Source of the DNA: Bacteriovoracaceae bacterium
GTDB taxonomy: Bacteria > Bdellovibrionota > Bacteriovoracia > Bacteriovoracales > Bacteriovoracaceae
Assembly (NCBI GenBank): GCA_965217035.1
Contig: OZ244226.1
Coordinates: 2,896,146 to 2,960,145 of the forward strand
Length of the DNA: 64,000 bases
Reading direction: 5' to 3'
Position 1 is the stretch's first letter. Each line of letters starts with the position of its first letter. The notes beneath the pieces are model-generated. The model was given only the letters and a program-made list of their open reading frames with translations. It did not search any database and was not told where the DNA came from. This document shows, piece by piece, positions 47,807-57,184 of this stretch. The position numbers were made by a program, and so were the translations under genes.

Positions 47807-49355
47807 TATTATCCTTAAGTTGTTGAAAGACCCATCGAAAGCTAGGCAGAGCAGTACAATTTATATTTCTTTTCTGAAACTCATTATATGTTTTCCCCAT
47901 TCCTGTATAGAGTGATTTATTTTTTATAAAAGGGTAATGCTTTGTATATTCTTCGTATTGGGCAAAACTTGTGAAAACAAAAAAATCACATTTTTGAAGT
48001 TCATTAGTCCACTGTGCTTGAACTTTTCTAATCTCTCGCTGGTAAGAAGGAATAGTTTTTCCTAAAATAGACTCAGAATCGGCATGTGTATAAATGTCCC
48101 ATTCACCTGAGAGGTCATGAAAGAGATTAAAAGATTGTGAACTCTTGAGAACTGAAAGTGTTTGATCCCCTTGAGAGTTCGCACATCCATGACACCAATA
48201 ACCAGCTTTAGCGAGCGACTTCATAGACTTTGATCCAGCGGCAAAAACAACTGGCAAAGTTTCGGGAGCTATTTGTTGAAAGTTTTTCAAGGAATGTTTT
48301 GTAGCTACCAGAGAAACATTTGCTTCATTCCCTTTACTTTCAGTAGAAACTTTACTCATAAGTGAGTCATAAATAATTTGTCCTTTTGTATCTCCTTGCA
48401 TTCCAAGGAAAACCTTGGAGCCTGATTGAAGAGATTTTTGAAACTGATCGAGGCTAGGTGTTTCTAGGAGATGAGAAAGATGCACGGGTTGTTCTTTTTC
48501 ATCTTTTCCTTTTTCAACCATATGAATGCCCTCGGTAAGGGAATGGGCATAGATTCCCATAGGAAGATGGCATCCGCCCCCATAGTTCTGAAACTGCTTT
48601 TTCTCATGAGCGACACATGTTCGAGTTATATTATCTTCTACGGTCTTTAAAACTTTCTTGAGTTCTAAGTTATCTTCATGGCAATCAATGGCCAAAGCCC
48701 CTTGTGCTGGAGCAGGGACAAACTCTTGCAAGGGAAGGAACATAAAAGTTAACTGAGGTGCAAGTTCTTTTAAGGCATTATGGCCTTCTTCACTATAGCT
48801 GATTCTTTCTAATCCAGCCGCGGCGAGAATAATCGCATCGTATTCACCAGAGAGGAGCTTTCTTAATCGCGTATCAACGTTGCCCCTAAGGTTAATGTTT
48901 TCAACTTCAATTCCTTGCTGAGGAAGGTATTTAGGCAAAGATTGGGATTGAGTAATTCTTCTCGGAGAACTACTTCCTAAGCGGAATTTCCCTTCAAACT
49001 TTTGAGCAATAAGCTTTTTTGCTGTTTCTTTTGTTACGATTAAGGTGTCAGCAGGGTTGACTCTTTCTGTGACAGCTGCAAGCTCTATTCCTTGGGGACG
49101 ATCTCCCCCAAGGTCTTTATAAGAATGAATGACAAGATCGATTTCTTTGTTTAATAAAGCTTCATCGAGTTCCTTGGTAAAGAAATCTTTACCTTCTAAT
49201 TGCCATAAAGGTTTGTCCTGGATGACATCACCTTTCGTTTTTATAATTTTAAGGTTGAATTGATGAGGTGTTTTTTCTTCGAGTTGTTTCTTAATAAAGG
49301 AGGCTTGTGCCACTGCTAACAGACTTCCCCGGCTTCCTATTGTGAAGGTTGTCAT
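47799..49355 (-). CDS. hemC: Porphobilinogen deaminase with C-terminal degenerate HemD-like extension
   Basis: GSRGSLLA..Q, FFTKEL, HSYKD, SSPRR, RGNVDTRL, PAPAQGA, GGGC; about 200-aa extra C-terminus. Confidence 0.92.
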   Translation of the reverse strand: MTTFTIGSRGSLLAVAQASFIKKQLEEKTPHQFNLKIIKTKGDVIQDKPLWQLEGKDFFTKELDEALLNKEIDLVIHSYKDLGGDRPQGIELAAVTERVNPADTLIVTKETAKKLIAQKFEGKFRLGSSSPRRITQSQSLPKYLPQQGIEVENINLRGNVDTRLRKLLSGEYDAIILAAAGLERISYSEEGHNALKELAPQLTFMFLPLQEFVPAPAQGALAIDCHEDNLELKKVLKTVEDNITRTCVAHEKKQFQNYGGGCHLPMGIYAHSLTEGIHMVEKGKDEKEQPVHLSHLLETPSLDQFQKSLQSGSKVFLGMQGDTKGQIIYDSLMSKVSTESKGNEANVSLVATKHSLKNFQQIAPETLPVVFAAGSKSMKSLAKAGYWCHGCANSQGDQTLSVLKSSQSFNLFHDLSGEWDIYTHADSESILGKTIPSYQREIRKVQAQWTNELQKCDFFVFTSFAQYEEYTKHYPFIKNKSLYTGMGKTYNEFQKRNINCTALPSFRWVFQQLKDNNE

Positions 49356-50277
49356 TTATATATTCCTGCTTTTTTTGGAATTGAGTTTCAAACCACTGAT
49401 AGCGGCGTAAGCTTAATTCTTTGATTGCTTCACCAGCTTGCACGATTTTCTTTTTCTTTTCTGCGTTTTCAATAGCACCCTTTTCAAAGATTTGATCGAG
49501 TCCATAATATTGAGCTTCAGTTATTGTTTGGGCGTTTTCATAGGGAGAAGGCTCTCCAAGGTCGATAATAACACCTTTTTTCCCATGATGCTTATTCCAA
49601 CTTAAAGAAAACTCAGAATCGAAAATGTTTTCTTCAGTCCCAATCGTATTAAGTTGAAATCTAAAATCAAGATAACCATTGAAGTTCTTCCATTCAAAAG
49701 CAGAAACATCATGTTGCTTTGTCAGTTTACTTACTTTTTCTTGATTTCTTCCTGTCACAAAAACATTTGAAGATTTCTTGAATTGGTTAATAAGGTCTTC
49801 AGCCAGTTGGCCTGATCCATAAATAAGAATATTAGTTTCATTATCGTAATCATGAGTCCTTAAAATTTTTCTTGAAAGTGCCGCGTAAGTTTTTTGGCTT
49901 ATCCCAATCAGATGATTTGAGCGAATCGATTTACAATCTTGTAAAAGTTTTTGAAGGTAGGGAATGAGCTCAGGATCACGATTAATATAACTAAGGTATT
50001 GGCTTAGAAAAGTTTTGTATTGAGAGACGATCTCATGTTCTGCAATAAGACGGCTCTTTAGTCCGCAAAGCATTTCAAGAATATAACGATAGGCTTCAGT
50101 AGAAGTAAGTGAAGTTGAAGCGCTTTCAATTTTTAACGGCTGAGTTGAAATGACGAGTGTTCGTTGGCAGGTCTTCATGACAAAGGGGATACTTGACTTC
50201 CCCGTTTTAGAATTTTGGTAGAATGGTACCTGCGGCTCGACTTGAGTATCAAAATTATTTAAATATAGCGATTTCAT
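49291..50277 (-). CDS. hemA: Short, divergent glutamyl-tRNA reductase
   Basis: TCQR catalytic motif, EAY..ILE..CGL.S....E.EI..Q, GSGQLA, IDLGEP; first gene of the hem operon. Confidence 0.85.
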   Translation of the reverse strand: MKSLYLNNFDTQVEPQVPFYQNSKTGKSSIPFVMKTCQRTLVISTQPLKIESASTSLTSTEAYRYILEMLCGLKSRLIAEHEIVSQYKTFLSQYLSYINRDPELIPYLQKLLQDCKSIRSNHLIGISQKTYAALSRKILRTHDYDNETNILIYGSGQLAEDLINQFKKSSNVFVTGRNQEKVSKLTKQHDVSAFEWKNFNGYLDFRFQLNTIGTEENIFDSEFSLSWNKHHGKKGVIIDLGEPSPYENAQTITEAQYYGLDQIFEKGAIENAEKKKKIVQAGEAIKELSLRRYQWFETQFQKKQEYINDNLHNRKPGKSVSSGTSLLY

Positions 50278-50422
50278 TTCTTGCCTAGTCTAGAACTACC
50301 TTACCAAAAGAGTGTCATGAAAGTGTAGAAAACTCAATAAAATCAAGAGTTTGGCATGCCAAACTGAAGTGCTATTCAGGGCTAAGACGCGCTGTTCAGC
50401 TAGGACAAGCTATGATATGACT

Positions 50423-50689
50423 ATGTTTATGGAAGCTGTCATTAACCGCTTAAAAAGCCGTTTCTCGGAGGTCTGGAATAAGCTTATTTTCGATTTGAAG
50501 TTCTTTTTTAAGAACTGGGGAAAAAGTCGGTTTATGATATCGATGTCCAAAAAAGCTCAGGTTTTGGGCATTGAGAAACTCTTTCTGAAGTCAAAGAAGG
50601 CATTTTTTTATTTTTTCATGTTTTATCTCATTCGAGATACAATTCTCTATATAATAATCCCCATCTACTTCGCTGATTTTATTAAGTAA
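50423..50689 (+). CDS. Small membrane protein
   Basis: C-terminal FYLIRDTILYIIIP. Start probably at ATG 50423 (TATGAT + 6 nt). Confidence 0.65.
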   Translation: MFMEAVINRLKSRFSEVWNKLIFDLKFFFKNWGKSRFMISMSKKAQVLGIEKLFLKSKKAFFYFFMFYLIRDTILYIIIPIYFADFIK

Positions 50690-50709
50690 TCGCGGAAAAA
50701 TGAGAGGCA

Positions 50710-52479
50710 ATGGAAAGCAGTTTTTGGGAATATCCTAAAATCCAAGAATGGTTAGAAAATTCATCGAGCGATAAAGAAGAGTTTAGTAAAATCTTTAAAG
50801 AGATTCATGGGAAGTTCAATGAATCGTTAATCGACAAAACAATTAAGGTTCTCGATAAGACTTTGTTAAAGCTTTACGATGGTGTTCACCTTGAAACTCC
50901 TTTTGATTTTGATCTGAAAGAACTTTCTGAAAAAAACCATATTGTTCTTGTCCCTAACCATCAGTCTCATGCTGATTATATTGCACTCACTTATATGTTT
51001 TATAAAACCTTCAAAACACCGATTTATGTGGCGGGAGGGATTAATTTAAACATCTTTCTTTTTGGAAGATTTTTTAGAAATGCTGGAGCCTTTTTTATTC
51101 GAAGAAGGTTTAAAGATGATGAAAAGTATAAAATCAGCTTTGAAGCTTATATCTATGCCCTTTTAAAGACAGGGAAAATTGTTGAATTTTTCTTTGAGGG
51201 AGGACGCTCTCGGACTGGAAAGCTTCTCTCTCCACGTTTTGGACTTTTCCATATGCTATTAGAGGCTCATTCCAAAATGGATACAGGAAAACCTCTCATG
51301 TTCATTCCTGTGTCTTTGGCCCATGAGTTTGTTCCCGAAGAGAAGGCCCATGCTCGAGAACTTGAAGGGGGAAGAAAGGTTAAAGAAAAATCGACGCAAG
51401 TTTTGAAGATCTTTAAGCTCTTTAATAAGAAGCTTGGAACGATTCATATTAAATTCGGAGAAGGTATCGTTATTGATGGTTTTGAAGATAAAAGAGCAAA
51501 AGCTCAAGAACTTGCTTTTGATTGTTTCAAGGCCGTTGGAAATGGAATGCCCGTCACTCCAACTTCATTACTTGCTTTGATCATGCTTGATGCTCCTTCC
51601 GGTGTTATTACTTGGGATGAAATTGAAGAGAAATCTTTTAGCATTATTGCTTTTTGTAAGCGTTTCAATATCCCTTTAACTCCTTCATTAGCTGAAAGTG
51701 AACAAAGTAGTAAGTTTAATCTGAATAAGGCATTAAACATTCTTGTTAATAATAACAAAATTAAAATTATCCAAAGCGAGAATTTGGGAGATGTTTATTT
51801 CAGCATTCGCCCTGAAGAGCGAGTTCATATTCTTTATTTCAAAAATATGATTCTTCATCACTTTTTGGTGCCGTCTTTAGTCAGCAATGCTTGGTACCAC
51901 CTCAAGCATGATAATTTTAAATCGGTTAATGCTTTTAGGAAGTTCATTCTTCTCAAAAGAGGCGAGTTAAAATTTGAGTTCTATCTTCCGAGCGCTAATG
52001 AAATGTTTCAATTCGCTCTCGAAATCATCCGTTACTCAACTGGGAAGAACGTTGAGAAACTTGAAGAGTGTTTTGATTTGAATGATGATGAACTTGATCA
52101 GATTGCCCAAAAAGTAAGCCCTTTCTCTACGGCGCTTTCCTATATCCATGAGTCCTATTATTTGGCGGCTTCTACGATTGAGCATTTAAATAAAAAGGAA
52201 TTCAATACAGAACAATTCATTGATATTTACAAAGAGCTCTATAATATTGAATTAACGCATGGGCGAGTTGTTCAATACAGTGAGAGTTTTCTTGTTCCAA
52301 TCATAAAGAGTACTTTATCTTACTATGTTCATATCCAATGTTTAGAGCAGATAGAAGAGGACAAGTTTAAAGTTGCCGATTTGAATAAGGCCCTTGAAGC
52401 AAAAGAAAACTTTGCACGAGATCTCAGTATTAATGTCGTTATGAACTTTAGAATTAAACAAGGTATTCAGGACTCATGA
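50710..52479 (+). CDS. plsB: Glycerol-3-phosphate acyltransferase (PlsB/DHAPAT-like)
   Basis: PNHQSHADY, GAFFIRR, FFEGGRSRTGK, IPVS. Confidence 0.88.
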   Translation: MESSFWEYPKIQEWLENSSSDKEEFSKIFKEIHGKFNESLIDKTIKVLDKTLLKLYDGVHLETPFDFDLKELSEKNHIVLVPNHQSHADYIALTYMFYKTFKTPIYVAGGINLNIFLFGRFFRNAGAFFIRRRFKDDEKYKISFEAYIYALLKTGKIVEFFFEGGRSRTGKLLSPRFGLFHMLLEAHSKMDTGKPLMFIPVSLAHEFVPEEKAHARELEGGRKVKEKSTQVLKIFKLFNKKLGTIHIKFGEGIVIDGFEDKRAKAQELAFDCFKAVGNGMPVTPTSLLALIMLDAPSGVITWDEIEEKSFSIIAFCKRFNIPLTPSLAESEQSSKFNLNKALNILVNNNKIKIIQSENLGDVYFSIRPEERVHILYFKNMILHHFLVPSLVSNAWYHLKHDNFKSVNAFRKFILLKRGELKFEFYLPSANEMFQFALEIIRYSTGKNVEKLEECFDLNDDELDQIAQKVSPFSTALSYIHESYYLAASTIEHLNKKEFNTEQFIDIYKELYNIELTHGRVVQYSESFLVPIIKSTLSYYVHIQCLEQIEEDKFKVADLNKALEAKENFARDLSINVVMNFRIKQGIQDS

Positions 52480-52862
52480 AGCACTTGCTTCGATTATTCT
52501 GTTTCCCTGTACAAGATCCGATAAAGCTTGAAGGACTTACTCTCTTTCAAAAGTCCTTAGCCGCCATTGCATCCGAGTTTCCAAGTATTGATTTTGAGAG
52601 TCCTTCTCAATTTATTCTTTGTAGAGATCAAAATTTTTTTTATGGTCAAAAAATTCAAGGACCTTTGAAGCCTGCTGACAATAGTCTCTTGAAAGCAGGG
52701 CAAATAGTTGATGTTGGCGTTCTTGGGAAACCTCAAAAAATTGACTTTAATAAGATCAAATCTCTTCTTGAGAGTCCTAAAATGAACTTTCTCATTATGA
52801 TAGAAAGTTTCGAGATTGATATGAAGATTCACTTATATTCTGGAGAAGATATTGACTTGTAG
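52476..52862 (+). CDS. Hypothetical protein
   Basis: 128 aa; ATGA overlap with plsB. Confidence 0.65.
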   Translation: MKHLLRLFCFPVQDPIKLEGLTLFQKSLAAIASEFPSIDFESPSQFILCRDQNFFYGQKIQGPLKPADNSLLKAGQIVDVGVLGKPQKIDFNKIKSLLESPKMNFLIMIESFEIDMKIHLYSGEDIDL

Positions 52863-52921
52863 ATATTTTCGATACATTGTACCATTTGAAAACGCAGTGA
52901 GTGTATTTGAGGAGGTTTCCT

Positions 52922-53476
52922 ATTTCCAGTAGAGGATTTAGAGGACGCAGAGATAATAAACAGAATCTCGGTCTTAGAGTTAATGATGATATTCGTGCAG
53001 TAGAAGTCCGCTTAATCGGAGATGATGGAAATCAATACGGCGTCGTATCTCTTTCGAAAGCAAAAGAAATTGGAGAAGAAACAGGGCTCGATTTGATCGA
53101 AGTTTCTCCTAATGCAACCCCACCAGTTGTAAAACTCATGGATTTTGGGAAGTATAAATACCAACTTCAAAAGAAGAAAAGTGAAGCCAAAAAGAAACAG
53201 GCTACCGTTCAAGTTAAAGAAATCAAGTTTAGACCTAATATCGATACCCATGATCTCGATGTGAAGCTTAAAAAAGCAGCTAAGTTTCTCGATCAAGGTG
53301 ATAAAATTAAGCTTCTTATGCAGTTCAGAGGGCGTGAAATGGCCCATAAGGACATCGGGATTGAAAAGTTTAAGGAAATCATCGAAAAAGTGATTGAAAT
53401 GGGAGCTGTGGTTGAGTCGAACCAGAAAATGATGGGGAACAGAATCATCGCAATGGTCTCCCCAGGCAAGAAATAA
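52922..53476 (+). CDS. infC: Translation initiation factor IF-3 (ATT start)
   Basis: VRLI, LDLIEVSP, KEIKFRP, FRGRE. SD GGAGG (52911-52915) followed by ATT at 52922. Confidence 0.97.
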   Translation: MSSRGFRGRRDNKQNLGLRVNDDIRAVEVRLIGDDGNQYGVVSLSKAKEIGEETGLDLIEVSPNATPPVVKLMDFGKYKYQLQKKKSEAKKKQATVQVKEIKFRPNIDTHDLDVKLKKAAKFLDQGDKIKLLMQFRGREMAHKDIGIEKFKEIIEKVIEMGAVVESNQKMMGNRIIAMVSPGKK

Positions 53477-53480
53477 CTAT

Positions 53481-53583
53481 AAATTTGTCGTCTACTTCGT
53501 CCTTCATTGGACTCACTTCCTGCGACTTGGGATGACCAAGTCTCGGAAGGTTCGCCTCGAACTCCTTGTATCCAACACAATTT
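53481..53583. repeat. Palindromic structured element between infC and rpmI
   Basis: GACTTGG-GATGA-CCAAGTC core, TTCC/GGAA flank, AAATTTGT...ACAATTT ends; shares a motif with 54354..54430. Confidence 0.45.
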
Positions 53584-53630
53584 CTAATCATTTCTCGTTT
53601 TAAGACACAATGCATTCAAAGAAAGGGCGA

Positions 53631-53659
53631 TTGACATAGTCCGTTGTATTGATTAATTT
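53631..53659 (+). promoter_or_regulatory. Sigma70 promoter for rpmI-rplT
   Basis: TTGACA-17 nt-TAATTT. Confidence 0.65.
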
Positions 53660-53691
53660 GGGTCACTTACAAATATCAAGTGGAGAAAACC

Positions 53692-53889
53692 ATGCCAAAG
53701 GTTAAGACAAAAAGAGCAGCTGCGAAGCGATTTAAGTTAACAGCATCTGGTAAAGTAAAAATGAAAAAAGCGAATCTTCGTCACATCCTTACGAAGAAAA
53801 CGACTCAATATAAAAGAAGTAAAAGGAAAACGGCTTACGTAGCGGCTTCTGATATGCCAAACGTACTTAAGAGTTTAGCGCTTAAATAA
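53692..53889 (+). CDS. rpmI: 50S ribosomal protein L35
   Basis: [34 protein letters not shown]. Confidence 0.98.
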   Translation: MPKVKTKRAAAKRFKLTASGKVKMKKANLRHILTKKTTQYKRSKRKTAYVAASDMPNVLKSLALK

Positions 53890-53897
53890 AGTTTATA

Positions 53898-53966
53898 AGG
53901 TACTGCCGGGGAATCGACTAAAGCGGACACACGTATTAAATATAGCGTCCCTCCCGAGTAGTCTTT
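53898..53966 (+). promoter_or_regulatory. Candidate structured ribosomal-protein leader upstream of rplT
   Basis: TACT/AGTA, CGGGG/TCCCG and GGAC/GTCC pairings ending just before the rplT SD. Confidence 0.5.
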
Positions 53967-53977
53967 TAGGAGTATAT

Positions 53978-54322
53978 ATGTCTCGAGTTAGAAGAGGTTT
54001 TAAAGCAAGAAGAAGACGGAATAAGATTCTTAAACTTGCAAAAGGTTTTCACTTTGACCGTAGGACAAAGTATCGTCATGCAGCTCATACTGTTGAACGT
54101 GCACTTTTCAATCAGTACAAAGGCCGTCGTCTCTTAAAAAGAGATATGAGAAAGCTTTGGATCATCAGAATCAATGCTGCTGCTAGGGCTAACGGTTTGA
54201 ATTATTCCAAATTGATTAACCTTCTTAAGACGAAGAATGTTGAGCTTAACAGAAAAGCTCTTGCTGAAATCGCATTTCACGATCCAGCAGGATTTACACA
54301 AATCGTTCAAGCTGTTCAATAA
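53978..54322 (+). CDS. rplT: 50S ribosomal protein L20
   Basis: MSRVRRG, KILKLAKG, RKLWIIRINAAAR, LNRKALAEIA. Confidence 0.98.
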   Translation: MSRVRRGFKARRRRNKILKLAKGFHFDRRTKYRHAAHTVERALFNQYKGRRLLKRDMRKLWIIRINAAARANGLNYSKLINLLKTKNVELNRKALAEIAFHDPAGFTQIVQAVQ

Positions 54323-54326
54323 GCAT

Positions 54327-54352
54327 AAAGGCTCCTTTCGGAGCCTTTTTTA
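54327..54352 (+). terminator. Intrinsic terminator of rpmI-rplT
   Basis: AAGGCTCC-TTTC-GGAGCCTT followed by a T-tract. Confidence 0.9.
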
Positions 54353-54353
54353 T

Positions 54354-54430
54354 ATTTGTCCATTTTTCAATAATACGCCTCAGAAGGTTCTGAACTTGTT
54401 GCTTTGAATCTGATCAAAAAATGAACAAAT
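54354..54430. repeat. Palindromic element with 14-bp terminal inverted repeats
   Basis: ATTTGTCCATTTTT / AAAAATGAACAAAT (13/14 match); internal TCAGAA-GG-TTCTGA. Confidence 0.45.
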
Positions 54431-54467
54431 GACTTCTTTTTGGAATAAATCTGGTTATCCTTGATCT

Positions 54468-55292
54468 ATGATTGAACTTAAGAGACATGGTTCCTACTTA
54501 GCAACAGACTCTGATGGGTTTGTTGTTTCTCAGTCTCATAAATCCTTGATTCAAGAGAAATGGAAGCCCGTTATTAACGCGACCATTGATTTTTATAAAG
54601 CTAAGCTCGATGAAGAGCTTCATTCTGTTTATATTAGGGGAAGCGTTTCAAAAGGAATGGCCGTTGATGATTTATCTGATCTCGATTCTTTTTGTGTCTT
54701 AAGAGAGGGAGTTTCAAGTCCAGATGATCTTAAAACGAAGGATTTTCAAAAAGTAATAAAAGAGAAATATCATTTTTGTGATTTTGTCGAAATTTCTTTT
54801 ATTGAGTATCAGAAAGTTTTTGAAGCACCGAAAGAACGTGAACGGAGTATCATTGAAGAGTTGATTAAAACTCAAGCAGTCTGCGTTTATGGTGATGATC
54901 TTGCCTCTAAAATTAAACCATTTCGTATCTCGGAAATGATAGGGCATAGTTTATTTGTTGAAAAAGAATTAGAAAAACTTCCTGAATATTTTGAGGAAGC
55001 TAGAGATTCGGAAAGTGAAATTAAAGATCTTTGCAGCTGGATCATGAAAAGGATTATTCGAAGCGGCTTTGATCTTGTTTTAGAGCGAGAGCAGAAGTTT
55101 ACTCGTGATCTCTATCTTTGTTTTGAATCTTTTTCTAAATATTATCCAGATAAAAGCAATGAGATGAAAGAAGTTCTCAATCTGTGTTTAAATCCAATCA
55201 GCGATGTAAAAAAAATTAATCAGACTCTTAGCCGGATAGGTCCTTTTTTACTTTCTCAGATAGAATCTAGACCCAATTATACTTTGTTTTAA
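54468..55292 (+). CDS. Pol-beta superfamily nucleotidyltransferase
   Basis: SVYIRGSVSKG......SDLD motif plus helical C-domain. Confidence 0.85.
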   Translation: MIELKRHGSYLATDSDGFVVSQSHKSLIQEKWKPVINATIDFYKAKLDEELHSVYIRGSVSKGMAVDDLSDLDSFCVLREGVSSPDDLKTKDFQKVIKEKYHFCDFVEISFIEYQKVFEAPKERERSIIEELIKTQAVCVYGDDLASKIKPFRISEMIGHSLFVEKELEKLPEYFEEARDSESEIKDLCSWIMKRIIRSGFDLVLEREQKFTRDLYLCFESFSKYYPDKSNEMKEVLNLCLNPISDVKKINQTLSRIGPFLLSQIESRPNYTLF

Positions 55293-55737
55293 TTTCATCA
55301 ATCTTTGCTTGAGCCGCCTCAAGATTTGCTTTCACTTCATTGAGTTGTGTTTGAGCATGAGACCTTGAGTACATAGATTTCTTAAAACGACGAATTTCTA
55401 CTGGTTTTGAAGACTTCGTTTTCGCTTTTTTAGGAATTAGTGTGGGCTCAGCATTTATAGGTTCAACCGTGGCATTCTTGTCAAGCATGAGCTTTGCTTT
55501 CTGAATGGGAAGTTTTTTTGTAAGAAGAAGATCTTTCACTTTCTTAATAAAATATAAATCTGAAGGCGTGTAAACTTTTTGACCTGAGTCAGATGTAATT
55601 GGAGAAATCTGCTCAAATTCAGACTCCCAGAAGCGGAGAATATAGGGTTTGAGTTCAAATCTTTCTAGGACATCAGTGAATTTATAATAAGATTGCGAAG
55701 CTAGTTGGTGATTCGCTTCTAATGTTGCAGGCATCAT
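55267..55737 (-). CDS. MerR-family HTH protein
   Basis: KPYILRFWESEF..I.P....GQ.VY; typical ihfA neighbour. Confidence 0.9.
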   Translation of the reverse strand: MMPATLEANHQLASQSYYKFTDVLERFELKPYILRFWESEFEQISPITSDSGQKVYTPSDLYFIKKVKDLLLTKKLPIQKAKLMLDKNATVEPINAEPTLIPKKAKTKSSKPVEIRRFKKSMYSRSHAQTQLNEVKANLEAAQAKIDEIKTKYNWV

Positions 55738-55750
55738 ACTTATTCCATCC

Positions 55751-56140
55751 TTAGTTCGGTGTTTTTTGTCCTATGAACGAACTGAGAGCTCTTGGTGATC
55801 CTTCCTTCGGTGGAACGGATTCATCTTCTGTCCCGTCATCATTAATTCGATGAACGAATCGTTCTGTAACATCTTCTTTTAAAATTTGAGAAGGTTTAAA
55901 AGTAAGAACACGTCTTGCGGAGATATTCATTGACTCTCCTGTCTGAGGATTCCTTCCTACTCGTGTTGATTTGTCGCGAATAGAAAAGTTTCCAAATCCA
56001 GAAATCTTAACTTTTTCTCCTCGAGAAAGTGTGTCTTTAATAACTTTGAAAACTAAGTCCACAATATGAGATGCTTCCTTCTTGGAAAAGCCGATCTCTT
56101 TGTGGACTTTTTCAACGATATCTGATTTGGTCATGCTCAT
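55751..56140 (-). CDS. ihfA: Integration host factor alpha subunit
   Basis: MTKSDIV, VKISGFGNF, GRNPQTG, ARRVLTFKPS. Confidence 0.95.
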   Translation of the reverse strand: MSMTKSDIVEKVHKEIGFSKKEASHIVDLVFKVIKDTLSRGEKVKISGFGNFSIRDKSTRVGRNPQTGESMNISARRVLTFKPSQILKEDVTERFVHRINDDGTEDESVPPKEGSPRALSSFIGQKTPN

Positions 56141-56240
56141 GAAATCCTCCCTGACAATGAGGTCAAAACCAATGCTTTGTATTTAAATTTTAACAAGGGA
56201 TGTTGCTAAAAGCCAACAAAATCTTTGAGTTTTCGGGTAT

Positions 56241-57176
56241 TTACTGGATTGGCTGTGGCCGAGGTGTGGCCATGGTACCTGTTAGTTTTAGTTTATAAGT
56301 ATTATCGCCTTGATCAAATTGAGCTAAAACCATTTTAAAGATAGCGTACTGCTCAAGTATTTCTTCTGAAAACTTTAACTCAATATTCATATCAAGACTC
56401 GAGCGGTTGATAGACCGTCCATCAAGAGCAATGCTTCCGTCGGTATTGATATAAATTGGGGCGTTATGACTTCCGGCAATGACCTTCTCGACTAAAATTT
56501 GTTTTCCTTTTCCTTTAGTCTCAATATCTAATTTTTTCAAATCCAAATCAGGAATAGCAAAGCCCATCATGCTTTGAGCAGGAAGTCTGAAGTCTTCGGA
56601 GTTAAGCTTCAAATCAAATATTTCAAGAGCTTGTCCTTTGGTTTTTAAGTGAAAGTCTAGGACTGCTTTTCCTCTAAGTTCTGGTACTGTCATTCCCATT
56701 TTTTCGCTTAAAAGTTGTGCTATTGGAGCTAATGAGAGCTTTTGTTTGCTCATCTTTACGACGTGTTCAGTTCCATTAGATGAAGCTTTGAGATTTATTA
56801 TATTTTTCCCTAATTTGAGTTCTAAATTGACGACAGCTCCAAAGGGAGAAAAATTGATCCCTCCAAAGCTTACCTCCATTCTATCAACAATAAACATTTT
56901 CTGATCACGAGAAACGCAACCATTCGGAATTGCAACTTCGTTAAATTGAATATTGGGTAGAAGGAGGCCAAATTCATAATTTTTAAATTGAAGCGAACAG
57001 TTTGGATTTGCCTTCATTGCTGTTGCTAAATAATGATGGAAAATTTTATCCAGTGGAAAGGTTAAGCAAAAGGCAATTGTGATAAGAAGTCCACCCAAGA
57101 AAATAAACTTGAGTAAAGAAAAAGGAAATTCGTAATCTTTTTCAAATGTTGTGTCTGGTGCCCTTACTTCTTTCAA
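56241..57176 (-). CDS. gspN: Type II secretion protein N
   Basis: TM + TFP motif, C-terminal GT..TP; last gene of the gsp cluster. Confidence 0.7.
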   Translation of the reverse strand: MKEVRAPDTTFEKDYEFPFSLLKFIFLGGLLITIAFCLTFPLDKIFHHYLATAMKANPNCSLQFKNYEFGLLLPNIQFNEVAIPNGCVSRDQKMFIVDRMEVSFGGINFSPFGAVVNLELKLGKNIINLKASSNGTEHVVKMSKQKLSLAPIAQLLSEKMGMTVPELRGKAVLDFHLKTKGQALEIFDLKLNSEDFRLPAQSMMGFAIPDLDLKKLDIETKGKGKQILVEKVIAGSHNAPIYINTDGSIALDGRSINRSSLDMNIELKFSEEILEQYAIFKMVLAQFDQGDNTYKLKLTGTMATPRPQPIQ

Positions 57177-57184
57177 ATTGTTCC

